Positions 48,616 through 59,687 of a stretch of DNA of 64,000 nucleotides are shown here, in pieces. Location of the stretch: assembly GCA_014905635.1 (NCBI GenBank), contig JABVCE010000018.1:434001-498000 (forward strand), given 5' to 3'. The position numbers and the translations under genes were made by a program. Under the pieces are notes generated by a model. The model was not told where the DNA came from. It saw nothing but the letters and a program-made list of their open reading frames with translations, and did not search any database. Each line of letters starts with the position of its first letter. Positions within the stretch are counted from its first letter, which is position 1. Origin of the DNA: Scenedesmus sp. PABB004 (Eukaryota).

Positions 48616-51600
48616 TCACGCCGCGACGGGCGCGGGCGCGCGCGTCTGCGCGCCGACTGGGATTGCGGTGAAAGCGTGGCCGCTGAGCCCGCCCGTGTCG
48701 AGGCTGACGTGCTGCATCTTGACCTTGTACGCCTCGCCCGCGGGGTGGGCACCAAACTCGACCACGTCGCCCGGCCGCAGGCCGCGCGCCTCGCCGGGCG
48801 GCAGGCGGCGGCCGTTGACCCACGTGCCGCTGCTCGCGGGCAGGTCCTGCGGCGCGGCGGCGCGCGGGGGCGCGGGCGCGGCGCGGCAGCGCGGGTGAGC
48901 CGGGCGCGCGCGGCGCGGGGGCGCGGGCGGGCGCCCTAGGCGGGCCCCCGCCTCTCCTCTCCGCTCGCTGCCGCCGCCGCCGGCGCGGCGGCGCGGCGCG
49001 CGCACCTGCACGAAGCAGTCGCCGCGCTCGTCCCGCCACACGCGCGCGTGCTCGCCCGCGGCGCCACCGCCGGCGACGAGCAGCGCCGCCGCGCGCGCGT
49101 CCGACCCCACGACCGCCGCCGGCGCGCCGGGCGCCAACACCACGCCCTTGGCCTCTGTCACGCTCGTCGCGTCGACGCTGCCGCAGCTCGGGGGCCGCTC
49201 CGTGAGCAGCAGCCAGCGCGCGTGCGCCGCGCGGCGCAGCTCGGTGTCGTCACGCATGAAGGTCGCGAACTCGGCCTCGCTGAACACCTTCGGGCGTGGA
49301 TGGTGGGTGGGTGGGTGGGTGGGTGGGTGGGTGGTGGGTGTGTGGGGGGGGGGGGGTGAGGCGGCGGCGGCGGCGAGGCGGCGGCGGTGAGGCGGCGGCG
49401 CGCGGCGCCGAGCTGCGCAGGCCCCCGCTCCCTCGGCCCCCGCTCCCTCCCTTCCTCACATCGCTCCCCGCGCCATTCCCCCCCCCCCCCCGCCGCGCAC
49501 GCGCACGCACACACACACGCGCACACACACACACACACCTTGAGCCGGTCCTCGATGCGGCAGCTGCTCGGCCGCGCGGCGGCCAGGCGGTCGTTGTTCC
49601 CGCCGAGCACCCAGTCGAGCACGGCCGGCATCGTCGCGCCGAGCACGGCGCGGCCGACGACGCGGCCGGGGTGGGGGATGTGGAGGTCGCGAATGAAGGA
49701 GAGGGGGCCGAGGCCCTCGCCGAGGTAGGCCTTGTACGTGGAGGCCATGATCGCGGCAAAGCCTGGGTTCAGGGTTCAGGGGCACGGGGGCACGGGGGTT
49801 TAAGGGGCCGGCCGGGGTTTAGCGGGCAACGGCGGGGGCGGGGCGAGGAGAGGGTGGGCGTGAGCGGGAGGGGGTGAGAGGCGGGGCGAGGGGGCGCGGG
49901 GAGCAGGGAGAGAGGGAGGGGGAGGCCGGCCGCAATCGCGGCGCGCGCGGGGACTCACGGGCCATGCCGTGGATCGCCGCCGCGCGCACGAGGCGGCTGC
50001 CCTGGTACGTGCCCCACAGCCGCCGCACGTCCAGCGCCGCCGCGTCGCCGCCGACCTGCGCGCACCCGGCGCGGCGGCGTGGGCGCCGCGCGCCGCGCGC
50101 CGCGGCCGCTGCGCGCCGCGCAGCGCGGCGGCTGCGCAGCGCGGCGCGTGCTGCCGCTGCTGGCGGCGCGCGCTGCCGGCGGGGAGCGCACCGCGGCGAG
50201 CGCGGCGGCGACGTCCTCGCCGAGCTGGAACGCGTCTTCGATCGCCATGCACCCCCCCTGGCCGAGGTTGGGCTGCATCGCGTGCGCGCTGTCGCCGAGC
50301 AGCGCGACGCGGCCGCGCGCCCAGCTGAAGATGGGCGGGCGGTCGCTGATGTCGCGGCGCAGGATGTCGGGCTCGGGCGTGGCCTTGATCAGGTCCGTCA
50401 CGTCCTCACACCTGGGGGTTCAGGGTTTTGGGAGGCGGTAGGGTTTAGGGGGGGGGAGGGGGCAGGGAAGGCAACAGGGGAGGTGGTGGGGGCGTGCGCG
50501 CGCGTTGGTGTGCGTCAGGGTCGGGCACGCTCACGCGTGCCTGAGGGTCAGGCTCACGCGTGCCTGAGGGTCAGGCTCACGCGTGCCTGAGGGTCAGGCT
50601 CACGCGTGCCTGAGGGTCAGGCACGCGTGACCCTCAGGCTCACGCGTGACCCTCAGGCTCACGCGTGCCTGACCCTCAGGCACGCGTGAGCGTGCACGAC
50701 CCTGACGCAGCAGCAGCGAGCGGCGGCGGCGACACGCACCAGTGGCCAAAGATCTCCAGCAGCCGCGCCTTGCGGCTCGCGCCGGGCGGGTCGGTGCCGC
50801 CGGGCGGCTCCTTGTGGAAGGCGTACCACTGCTGCTTGCCGCCGCCGACGTCGCTCGACACAAAGTACTGCAGCGCGCCACGTGGCGCGACGGCGGCGGC
50901 AGGACGCGGCGGGGCGCTCAGCGGCGCACGGGGCTCGGCGGCGCGCGGGGCTCGGCGGGCGCCGCTGCGGCCTGCTGCCGCGCCTGCCCGCGCCCTGCCC
51001 TCCCATGCCCCTGGCCCCGCACCCTCTGCCCCCCCCCCCCCCACACACACAAACACCGCCCCGGCACCTGTCCGTTGCCCAGGAAGACGCGGTAGCCCAC
51101 GATCTCCAGGTCTGGCGGCGTGAAGTCGCTGATGCCGGTATAGCAGGTGTAGCCGCTGTACACGGGCGACCCGCCGCCCACGAGCTCGCGCCGCACCTGC
51201 GCGGTGGGCGGGTGGGTGGGCGTGGGCGGTGTGGGCGCGTGGGTGTGAGTGGGAGGGGGGAGTGTGTGGCGAGGGGGCGGAGGCGGCGCGGGCGCAGGGG
51301 GGCGCGCGCGGGGCGGCGGCGGGCGCGCCTTGCTGTAGATGCCGTCCGCGCCGATGAGCAGGTCGGCGGTGTCGCTGCGCCCGTCCTCGAGCGACACACG
51401 CACGCCGTCGCGGCCTGCGGCGGGGGGCGCGGCGTCAGCGCTGACCGCGCCGCGAGCGCGCACGAGCACCCTCTGCCCCTCTCCCTCCCTCCCTCCGCTG
51501 CGAGCGCGCGCGCCGCCCTGCCCTCCCGCGCCCGCCGCCCCGCGCACCGGCGTGGCCGCGCGGCACCTCCTCAAAGCCCACCACGTTGGCGCTGTTCTCA

Positions 51601-52696
51601 ATCACCTCCGGCCCGCCCAGGCGCTCGACCGCGTCAGCCAGGATCTCCTGCGCGGCAGGCGGCACGCGGCAGGCGGCAGGCGTCGGCGGCGCTGCTGCTG
51701 CTGGCGCCACCGGCGCTGCTGCCACTGCCACTGCCGCCACTGCCGCCGCGACCGCGGCCGCGCGCCCGCGCCCGCGCCGCCGCGCCCGCGGCCGCGCGCC
51801 TGCAGCGTGACGCGGGAGATGACGCGCGTGACGGGGAGGCCCTTGTCCACCGCGGGGTGGAAGGTGTCAAACTTCACATACCTGACGCACGCAGCGGCGG
51901 CGGCAGCAGCGGCACAAGCCGGCGGCGGCGGCGGCCCGCGCGGGTGAGCGCAGCAGCGCGGGCGGGCGTGCTGTGCGCCGTCGGGCGCGCGGCGCCGCGC
52001 GCGGCGGCGGAGCGGCCCTGGCGCTCGCGTGCGCGCGGGCACGCGCACCAGTCGCCGGTCTCGCCGTCGCAGAGGCCGTTGATGCGGTCGCCCGTGATGC
52101 AGCCGCGCGCGAGCACCTCCTCCGCGACGCCGGCGTCGATCGCCTCCAGCGCGGCGAGCGCGTTGCTCTGCACCTGCGCGGCCGGGCGCGCGCGGTCGCG
52201 CGCGCGGTGTCGGCGCGACGCGGCGGGCGCGGCAGCGGCGGCGGCGGCGCGGCGCGGGCGCGGCGGGCGCGGCGGCGGCAGGCCGCCAGCGCCGCACCTG
52301 GATCGGCCCGCGGTACTTGCCCTCGCCGCGGATGGCCGTCAGGTCGCGCTCGTACACCTTGACGTCCACGCCGCGCTTCAGCAGCGCCACGGCGAGCACG
52401 AGGCCGCCGATGCCGGCGCCCGCGACGATGACCCGCAGCGGCGCCCGCTGCTGCGCCGCCGCGCCGCCCGCGCCGTTGCCGTTGGCGGGCGCGGTCGGCC
52501 GATCCGCCACCATGGCCGCCCGCACCAGGCGCCGCGCGCTCCGCCCGGCCGCGCGGGGCGCGGGGCGGGGCGTGGGGAGGGCCGGCAGCAGATGGCCCCC
52601 GCCCGCTGCGCGCACGTGGGTGCAGGCGCCGCGCGGGCTGGCGGCATGCCGCCTGCCGCCCAGGCGGCCGCCGCAGGGCGCGGTGCGGGCCTGCAT
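48616..52696 (-). CDS. ZEP: Zeaxanthin epoxidase (FAD monooxygenase plus FHA domain), plastid-targeted
   Basis: VAGAGIGGL, RGEGKYRGPIQ, GCITGDRINGL, LLGDSAHAMQPNLGQGGCMAIED, STYKAYLGEGLGPL; FHA motif DLPASSGTWVNG. Confidence 0.95.
50511..50709. mobile_element. Foldback/MITE-like element in a ZEP intron, with 43-bp inverted termini and internal 23-bp repeats
   Basis: Left arm TGCGTCAGGGTCGGGCACGCTCACGCGTGCCTGAGGGTCAGGC matches the reverse complement of the right end with 1 mismatch; internal unit GGGTCAGGCTCACGCGTGCCTGA. Confidence 0.6.
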
Positions 52697-52932
52697 GCCG
52701 GCAACGGGCGCGCGGCCGGGGCGACCCGAGATGCGCGGGTGCGCGGCGACGCGGTGGGTCCGGCGGGCTTCGAAAGGTCTGGGCGTGGCGCGGAGACGCC
52801 GGAGCTGCCGGCGGGGCGGGCCCCTGTCGCGCAGCGGGACATTAACAGCTGCTGCACCTCGACGCCCTCGGCAAGCGCAAGAGGCTGCCGCTCGCCGCTC
52901 CCGGGCCGACAGACGACCAAGATCGCCCGCCC

Positions 52933-54697
52933 TCACGCGCCGCCAACCGCCGGCACGAGCGCGGGCGGCGGCGCCGAGCCGCGCCCGTCCTTGGCCGCGG
53001 CGGCGAGGCCCTTGCGCCAGAGCTTGATGGTGCGGTCCACCTCGGCGGCGCGCGCCTGGAGCGCGGCCTCGTCCGCGCCGGCCTGCGCCGCGGCGAGCGC
53101 GTCGCACGCGCCGAGCCCCGCCAGCAGCGCGGCCTGCGCCTCGGCGTCGTCGCCCGGCGGCTGGCCCCCCTGCCGCTGCCCCTGCTGCCCCTGCTGCTGC
53201 TGCTGCATCCCCTGCTGCTCCGCCGCCGCGGCGGCGGCCTGCTCGCGGCTCGCGGCGAGCGCGCGGCGCGCGACGTGGCCGAGGAACTGCGCGCAGCTCA
53301 GCTGCACGCTGCGCAGCCCCGAGCGCAGCGCCGCCGCGGCGAGCAGGCCCGGCGGCTGCAGCAGCGGCGCCTCGGTGAGCATGAGGACGTCCAGCCCGGC
53401 GCGCGCCTTGGCGCCGCCCGCCGCGAGCCGCTCCGCGGGCGCCTCCAGCAGCGCGCCGTCGAGCAGCGCGCTGCGCGCGCCGCGCAGCTCGTCCAGCTCC
53501 TGCGCGCCGCGCCCGCGGCGGGCGGGCGGGCGGGCGGCGTCGGCGCGCGGGCCGCGCGCACGCGGCGACGCGACGCACGGCGCGGCGCGGCGCGCCTTGA
53601 GCAGGCCCGCGAGGGCGCGGTATGGCGAGTGCACGACGAGGTCGAAGCTCAGGCCCTGCAGCAGCGGGACCTCGCTGCGCAGCAGCGCGGCCGGCTCGAT
53701 GCCCATCGAGCGCGCGAGGCCCTCCGCGCTGCGGTACGCCTCCTCCACCTGCGCTGCCCACGCGCGGCGGCCGCGGCGGCGGCGGCGTCAACACTGGCGG
53801 CGGCGGCGGCTCACAGCCAGCAAGCGGGCGCGGCGTCAGCGTCGGCGTCGGCGGCGCCGGCTGGCGGGTGGTGCGCGCCTTGCAGGCGAGGTAGATGCAG
53901 GTCGGCATGATGCGGTTGGGGTCGTGCTCCAGGCAGCTCGCCTGGCTGTAGAAGCGCCGGAAGAAGGTCATGCTGCTCGCCTGTGCGGGACGGCGCGCGC
54001 AGCGCGGCGCGGCGCGGCGCGGCGCGGCGCGGCGCGGGCCCAGCAGGCGCCTGGGCGACGGCGAGCGCGCGCGCGGGCGGCAGCGCACGGGCGCAGCGCA
54101 CGGCGGGGCCCGCCGCCCGCTCCTCCGGTGCCGCCGGCCGCGCCGCGCGCACCAGGACTTTGCTGGGCAGCTGCAGCTGCTGGCAGATCGCCTTGAGCTT
54201 GACCGCATAGTACGCCGTCAGCGCCGCCTCGTCCTCGACGCTGATCGGGCAGTCCGCTGCGGCGGCGGCGGCGGCGGCGGCGCGCACCGGAGCGTGAGCG
54301 GTTGCCGGCCGCGCGCCGCAGCGGGGGCGCGCCGGCGTCGCCGCGACCGCCCGCGACCGCACCGCGCTGCTTCTTGGCGTCCGGCGCGGCGCCGTCGGCC
54401 GCCGCCACGTCGTCGGAGGACGCCCGCAGCGACTCCAGGGCCGCCTGCTGTGCCGCCGCGTGCTTCTCCCGCTGCGCGCGGCGCGCAGCAGCGTGCGCCG
54501 CCGCTCACGCGGCCGGCCCCGCGCGCGCCGGCGCGCGGCCGGCCGCCAATCGGCGCGGGCTGCGAGCTCGCGGACCGTTTCCCGTCCCAGCGCCTGCGCC
54601 GCGCCCTGGCGGCGCCCCGGCGGCGCGGTGAGGGCCGCACCAGCGTGGCCTCATCAAACAGCCACTCTCGCTTGTGGGTGGATGTGGCGAAGTTCAT
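52933..54697 (-). CDS. CYCH: Cyclin H (CAK/TFIIH)
   Basis: MNFATSTHKREWLF; FFRRFY....LEHDPNRIMPTCIYLACKVEE; LLQGLSFDLVVHSPYRAL. Confidence 0.92.
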
Positions 54698-55254
54698 GCT
54701 GCCCCCACGGCACTCCCGCGAGCCCCCCGGTTGCGACCGCGCGTGGCGCAGGCTGCGCAGCCTCGCACGGCGGCGGAGCAGTGGCGGCGGAGAGCGGCGG
54801 CGGCGAGCGGCGCGGAGAGAGCTGCGCGATCGCTGGCCTCTGGTCAGGGCTGCTCTGCCATGGCCGAGGAGGCTCGAAGTCCGCACCGCGGTTGCGCTCC
54901 GCGGCGGCTGGCTGCGGTTCAAGCGGTTGGCCGCACGGGCTCGGGGCGCCGCTCGTCACCGGGTGCGTTGCACGCGCGGCAGCCTCTCCCAGCTGCCGCC
55001 GGCACACCCCACGCGCTGCTGCCCACACCGTGTTCACAGGGCGCCCTGCACGTCGCAGCAGGGCGCCCTCGTCAATCATGGCGGCCCACCAGACAGCCCA
55101 CCGCCCACACAGCACGGCAGTTCAGTACGACAGCTGTGCCACAGCGGCAGCAGCAGCAGCAACACGCAGGCCCACCCTTTCTGACGCAAGCCCCGGCGGC
55201 CGCCCACGCTCGCCCACGCCTGTTCTACTCTCTACCTGCTGCCAAGCGCCGCTC

Positions 55255-57129
55255 TCACGCACCGGGCGGCTGCGCCCGGCGCGGCCCGCTCTGCTGCTGC
55301 GCCTGCGCCTGCACCTGCTGGCGCGGCCGTTGCTGGCGTCGCTGCGGCTGCCGCTCCTCCCGGCCCTGCCGCCGCTCGCTCACCGCGGCGGGCGTGGGCC
55401 CGCCGCGCTGCGCGAGCTGCTCTCGGAGCTTCTTGTTCTGCACCTGCAGCCGCTCCAGGCTGGCGCGCAGCGCCGCCAGCTGCTGCCGCAGCGCGCTGTC
55501 GCCGCCGCCGCCGCCGCCGCCGCTGCTGCTGCTGCTGCTCCAGAGGTCGCTCCAGAAGGCGCTGCCGGCGCGGGCCCTGCCGCGCCGCCCGGCGTCGGGC
55601 TGGCTGGGGTCGCCCAGCTTGCCCTCGTCCCGGTCGTGCACGGCCGCGCAGCCCCAGGCGTGCCGCGCGCGCTGCCGCGCGCGCGCGTGCGGGTCGGCCA
55701 CTGGCCGGACGCCGTGCGCCGCCAGCGCATCGCGCAGCACGGGCAGCCAGAGCTGCGGCGCCGATGGCATACAGAAATGGCTGCACTCCGTACCTTTGCT
55801 GTTGTTGCGGTGCCACGCCCACGCCGCCACGGTGGTGTTGTAGATCGGCACCAGCGGCACGCCGTACTGGCGCGACAGGATGTCGCGCGCCGCCACGTTG
55901 CGCCACGTGCCGTTGGCGACGGCCGCCGCGACGGCGTCGCCCGGCGCCGCCCGCGCCGCGCCGTCGCGCCCGCGCGACACGCCCGGCACGGCGCGGCAGG
56001 CCCAGGGGCCGTCGCGCGTGCCGACCCAGGCCTCGTCAAAGTCGCCGTCGGGGCTGTCGGCAAAGTGCTGCTTTGGCATTTCCATCCAAAACACGTGCGG
56101 GAAGGCGGACCGGCGCGCCGCCACGAAGCGGCCGAGGGCGTGCAGCAGCGCCTCGTACTGCGCGCGCCGCGACGCGCGGTGCCAGAGGGCAAAGTGCAGG
56201 ACGAAGACGTCGTCCGCGCGCGCGAGGCCGTCCTGCAGCACGCGCAGCACGCCGGGGCCGGTCCGGTTGCCGCGCGCCCAGCTGCCGACGAAAAGGTCGC
56301 CCTGCACCGCGTGCACCTGCGGCGCGGTGTGCGGTGTGCGGCGTGCTGCCGTCGCCCCGCCCCGCAGCCCCGCCGCGCCACGCCGCGCGGCGCGGGCGCA
56401 CCTGGCACAGGCGCGTGTTTTGCTTCATGTGGGCGCACCAGGGCTGGCCGTCGCCGGGGATGGCGGACAGCGCGTGCATCGCGGTGTAATTGTTGCTCGC
56501 GTGGTGCGTGCGGAGGTCCTGAAATTCCAACAGGAAGCAGCGAAGCGCGCGGAACAGGTCCTTGGCCATCGAGTCGCTGCGAGGCAAAGGGAAGGCAAGG
56601 GCGCGGCGTGGGCGGCGCGGCGTGGGCGGCGCGGCAGCGCGCGCGGCACGTGTGCAGCGGCAGCCGCCGCCGCCAGGCTGGCCGCGCACGCGCCGTCGCC
56701 GCACCCGACGATCCAGGTCGTGCGGCCGCGCAGGTGCGCCCACAGGTCGCAGGGCGTCATGGCCAGCTGCTCCGCGCCGCGCTCGAGCGCGAGCGTGGCG
56801 TTGATCACGGCGCGCAGCAGCGGCGCGGGGCAGAGCTGGGCGTCCCAGTGCGCCAGGCCCGTGCCGCCGGCGGGCGCGAAGCCGCACCAGGTCGACCACA
56901 GGCCGCCCGCCGCGCACGCCGGGCAGGGCCGCCGCCCCGCCGCCTGCGCGGCGTGCGCGCCGCCGAGCAGCCAAGGCACAGTGCCGCCCGCAAGCTGCTC
57001 GGCGCTGTGCCGCGCGTAGGCCACAGGGCACTCCGGCTCCGGCGCAGCGGCGCCTCCAGCGGTCAGAGCGACGACGAACACGAGCGCAGCCAGGGCCGTA
57101 GCCCGGCGCTGCGAGCTGCCGCGCGCCAT
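55255..57129 (-). CDS. Secreted/Golgi SGNH-type PC-esterase / TBL-like protein, copy 2
   Basis: Paralog of 31397-33510: signal peptide, RGRTTWIVG|DSM, HFALWH, ECSHFCMP. Confidence 0.75.
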
Positions 57130-57277
57130 CAAGCTGACAGCGCCCGTGTGCTCACGGACGGCTCGCTCGCGGCCCCATGGCACGCCCGTCGCGACCGCGG
57201 GTCGGCTGGGGTCTCGGATCGCGGCAGCGCAGCGGGCAGCGATGGTCACCGGCGGCGGGCAGCGGCGCGCAGAGACC

Positions 57278-58730
57278 TCAGCCGCCGCCGCCGCGCCGCT
57301 GCACGTGCGCGAGCAGCCCGGCCGCCGCGTCGTCCAGCAGGTCCAGCACGCGCTCGAAGCCCGCCGCGCCGCCGTAGTACGGGTCTGCGCGGCGCGGCGG
57401 GGCCGGCGGCAGGTCGCTGACCTGCCCCGCCGCGGCGAGCCGGGCGCGTGCGGGCAGGGCTCAGCGCGGTCGGTCGACGCACCCGGCACCTCGTCCGCGC
57501 CCGCAAACTTTGAGCAGTAGTCCGTCATCAGGCTGGTCTTGGCCCGCACCTGCGCGGCGCCACGGGCCGCCGTCGGTGCGCCGGCGCCGGTGCCAGCGCG
57601 CACAGCGCGCGCCCGCGGCGCACCGCGTCGAGGCCCGGCAGGCTGCCGTCGGCGGCGGCCCAGTGGCCGGCGGCCTTGAGTATGTCGCGCACGTTGCGCG
57701 CGTCCATGCCGACGATGTGGTCGAACCGCGCCAGGTCGGCGGGGCGCAGCGGGCGGCTCGTCGACGTCAGCACGACGCCGCGCTTTGCGGCTGCGCGCGC
57801 GCGGGCGGGCGGTGTCGGGGCGCGTGCGCGCGTGTGTGGGCGTGGGTGTGCGTGGGAGTTGGAGGGAGCCAGCGCGGCGGCGGCGTGGCCGCTGGGCGCC
57901 ACCTGTCGCCTTCATGCGCGGGTCTGACTCGTCGCCCTCGTGGTAGGAGAAGCCTCCGGGCAGGTACCTGCCGCGTGCCGACGCAGGGGCGCGGGGGTGA
58001 GGGCGGCGTGGGCGTGGGCAGGGCGGCGCCGCTAGCGGCGGCACCAGCGCTGGTGCCGCGGGCGCGGCGGGCGTGGGCGCGGTGGGCGCGGGCGCACCAG
58101 TTGGACGAGCCGCCGCCCGTGCCGCAACTGTCGATGTCAAACGCATCCGCCAGGCCCGCCCTGTCCACGACGCTGCGGAAGACCGCCTCCGCGCTGGGGC
58201 TGCGACAGATGTTGCCTGCAAACGCGCAGCGCGGCGGCGGCGGCCGCGTCGCCGCTTGCAGGGCGCGCGGGCCCGGCAGCGCGAGGCGGCGGGCCGCAGC
58301 CGCGGGCGCGCACCGAGGCAGACGAACAGCACCGACGTCTTCTTGCCGCCTCGGCCGCTGCCGCCCGCGGCGGCTGCCTGCGACGGTGCAGGGCCGCGAC
58401 GGCGGTCGAGCTCACGTGCGCTGCTGCCGCGGCCGCGGCCCGCCGCCCGCGCGCCGCCCGAGGCCCGCCGTCGCCCCTCCCATTGGCGTAGATGGCCAGC
58501 TGCTACGTCGTCGCGCCCCGCACCTGGGCCCGCGTGGTCATGCCGCTGCGGAGCGGGCCGCGCCGCTGCCGCTGCTGCCGCGCCGCCGCGCTGCCCGAGC
58601 GCGAGCCGGCGCCTCTCCGCGCCGCTGCTGCGAGAACTCTGTGCACGTCCTGAGGCGCGGCCGAGAGCGCGGCCGCGGGGGAGACCCGAACGAGCGTGGT
58701 GGGGCCGCCACGCACGGCGCCGGCGCGCAT
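57278..58730 (-). CDS. Low-molecular-weight phosphotyrosine phosphatase, probably organelle-targeted (start uncertain: 58730 or 58541)
   Basis: VLFVCLG|NICRSPSAE P-loop, IDSCGTGG, FDHIVGMD, DPYYGG. Confidence 0.9.
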
Positions 58731-58959
58731 CGCGGCTCGCGGGGAGAGGCCGGCGCGGCGCCGCCTGGCCAGCAGCGTGCGCACTGGAGTCCCGGACGCG
58801 TCTGACGCTTGCAGGATGGCGCGGCGGCACGCGGAGTTGAAGCGGCGCCACGCCCGCCGGCCTGACGCCGTAGCCGGCAAACGCGGCGGGTCGGAGCCCG
58901 CGCCGCTGCCCTCCAGCCGCCGCCCTCCAGCCGCCGCCCGCCCCCACAGCGGCGGCCGC

Positions 58960-59236
58960 CGCCGCACCCGACGATCCAGGTCGTGCGGCCGCGCAGGTGC
59001 GCCCACAGGTCGCAGGGCGTCATGGCCAGCTGCTCCGCGCCGCGCTCGAGCGCGAGCGTGGCGTTGATCACGGCGCGCAGCAGCGGCGTGGGGCAGAGCT
59101 GGGCGTCCCAGTGCGCCAGGCCCGTGCCGCCGGCGGGCGCGAAGCCGCACCAGGTCGACCACAGGCCGCCCGCCGCGCACGCCGGGCAGGGCCGCCGCCC
59201 CGCCGCCTGCGCGGCGTGCGCGCCGCCGAGCAGCCA
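58960..59236 (-). repeat. 277-bp near-identical duplicate of the TBL copy 2 exon 1 / donor region (56697-56973)
   Basis: Same orientation, offset 2263 bp; only one mismatch noticed by eye. Confidence 0.92.
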
Positions 59237-59687
59237 GAGTCTGGAGGCCCCACCTGCCGGCTCGCCCATAGGCCACCACCGCCGAAGCTGAAGCCGCGCG
59301 GGCGCGCCGCCGCGCCCTGAACCCCACCGGTTGCCGCGGTTTGAAGCGGAGCCGCCCCTACGCCCACCGCCGCAGTGGCGACAGACGCACACCCCACCCG
59401 CGCCCACTGCAGCCTCCCAGCGCGGCAGCCAGCCCGAGCAGCGCGCGCCGGCGCGCAGCAGCAGGTGCGGCGCCGCGCCCTCCCCCGGACGCTGGCCGGG
59501 CCTGTGCGCGTCGCGGCGCGCCACCGACGATGCTGAAGACCTTGCGCTGCGAATCTGCCGTGCTGGGGCCCGCAGCAGCCCGCGCACGGCCCAACCGCCG
59601 CGCGCCGCTGCTGCGCCGCCTCACGCCCCCGCCCCGCGCGCCCCGCCACGCAGCCGCAGGCCCCCGCCCACCCGGAGCCCAGGAGCC

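Noticed and set aside
50511..50709. CRISPR array
   Set aside because: Repeats are contiguous with no spacers, lie in a eukaryotic intron, and no cas genes are present.
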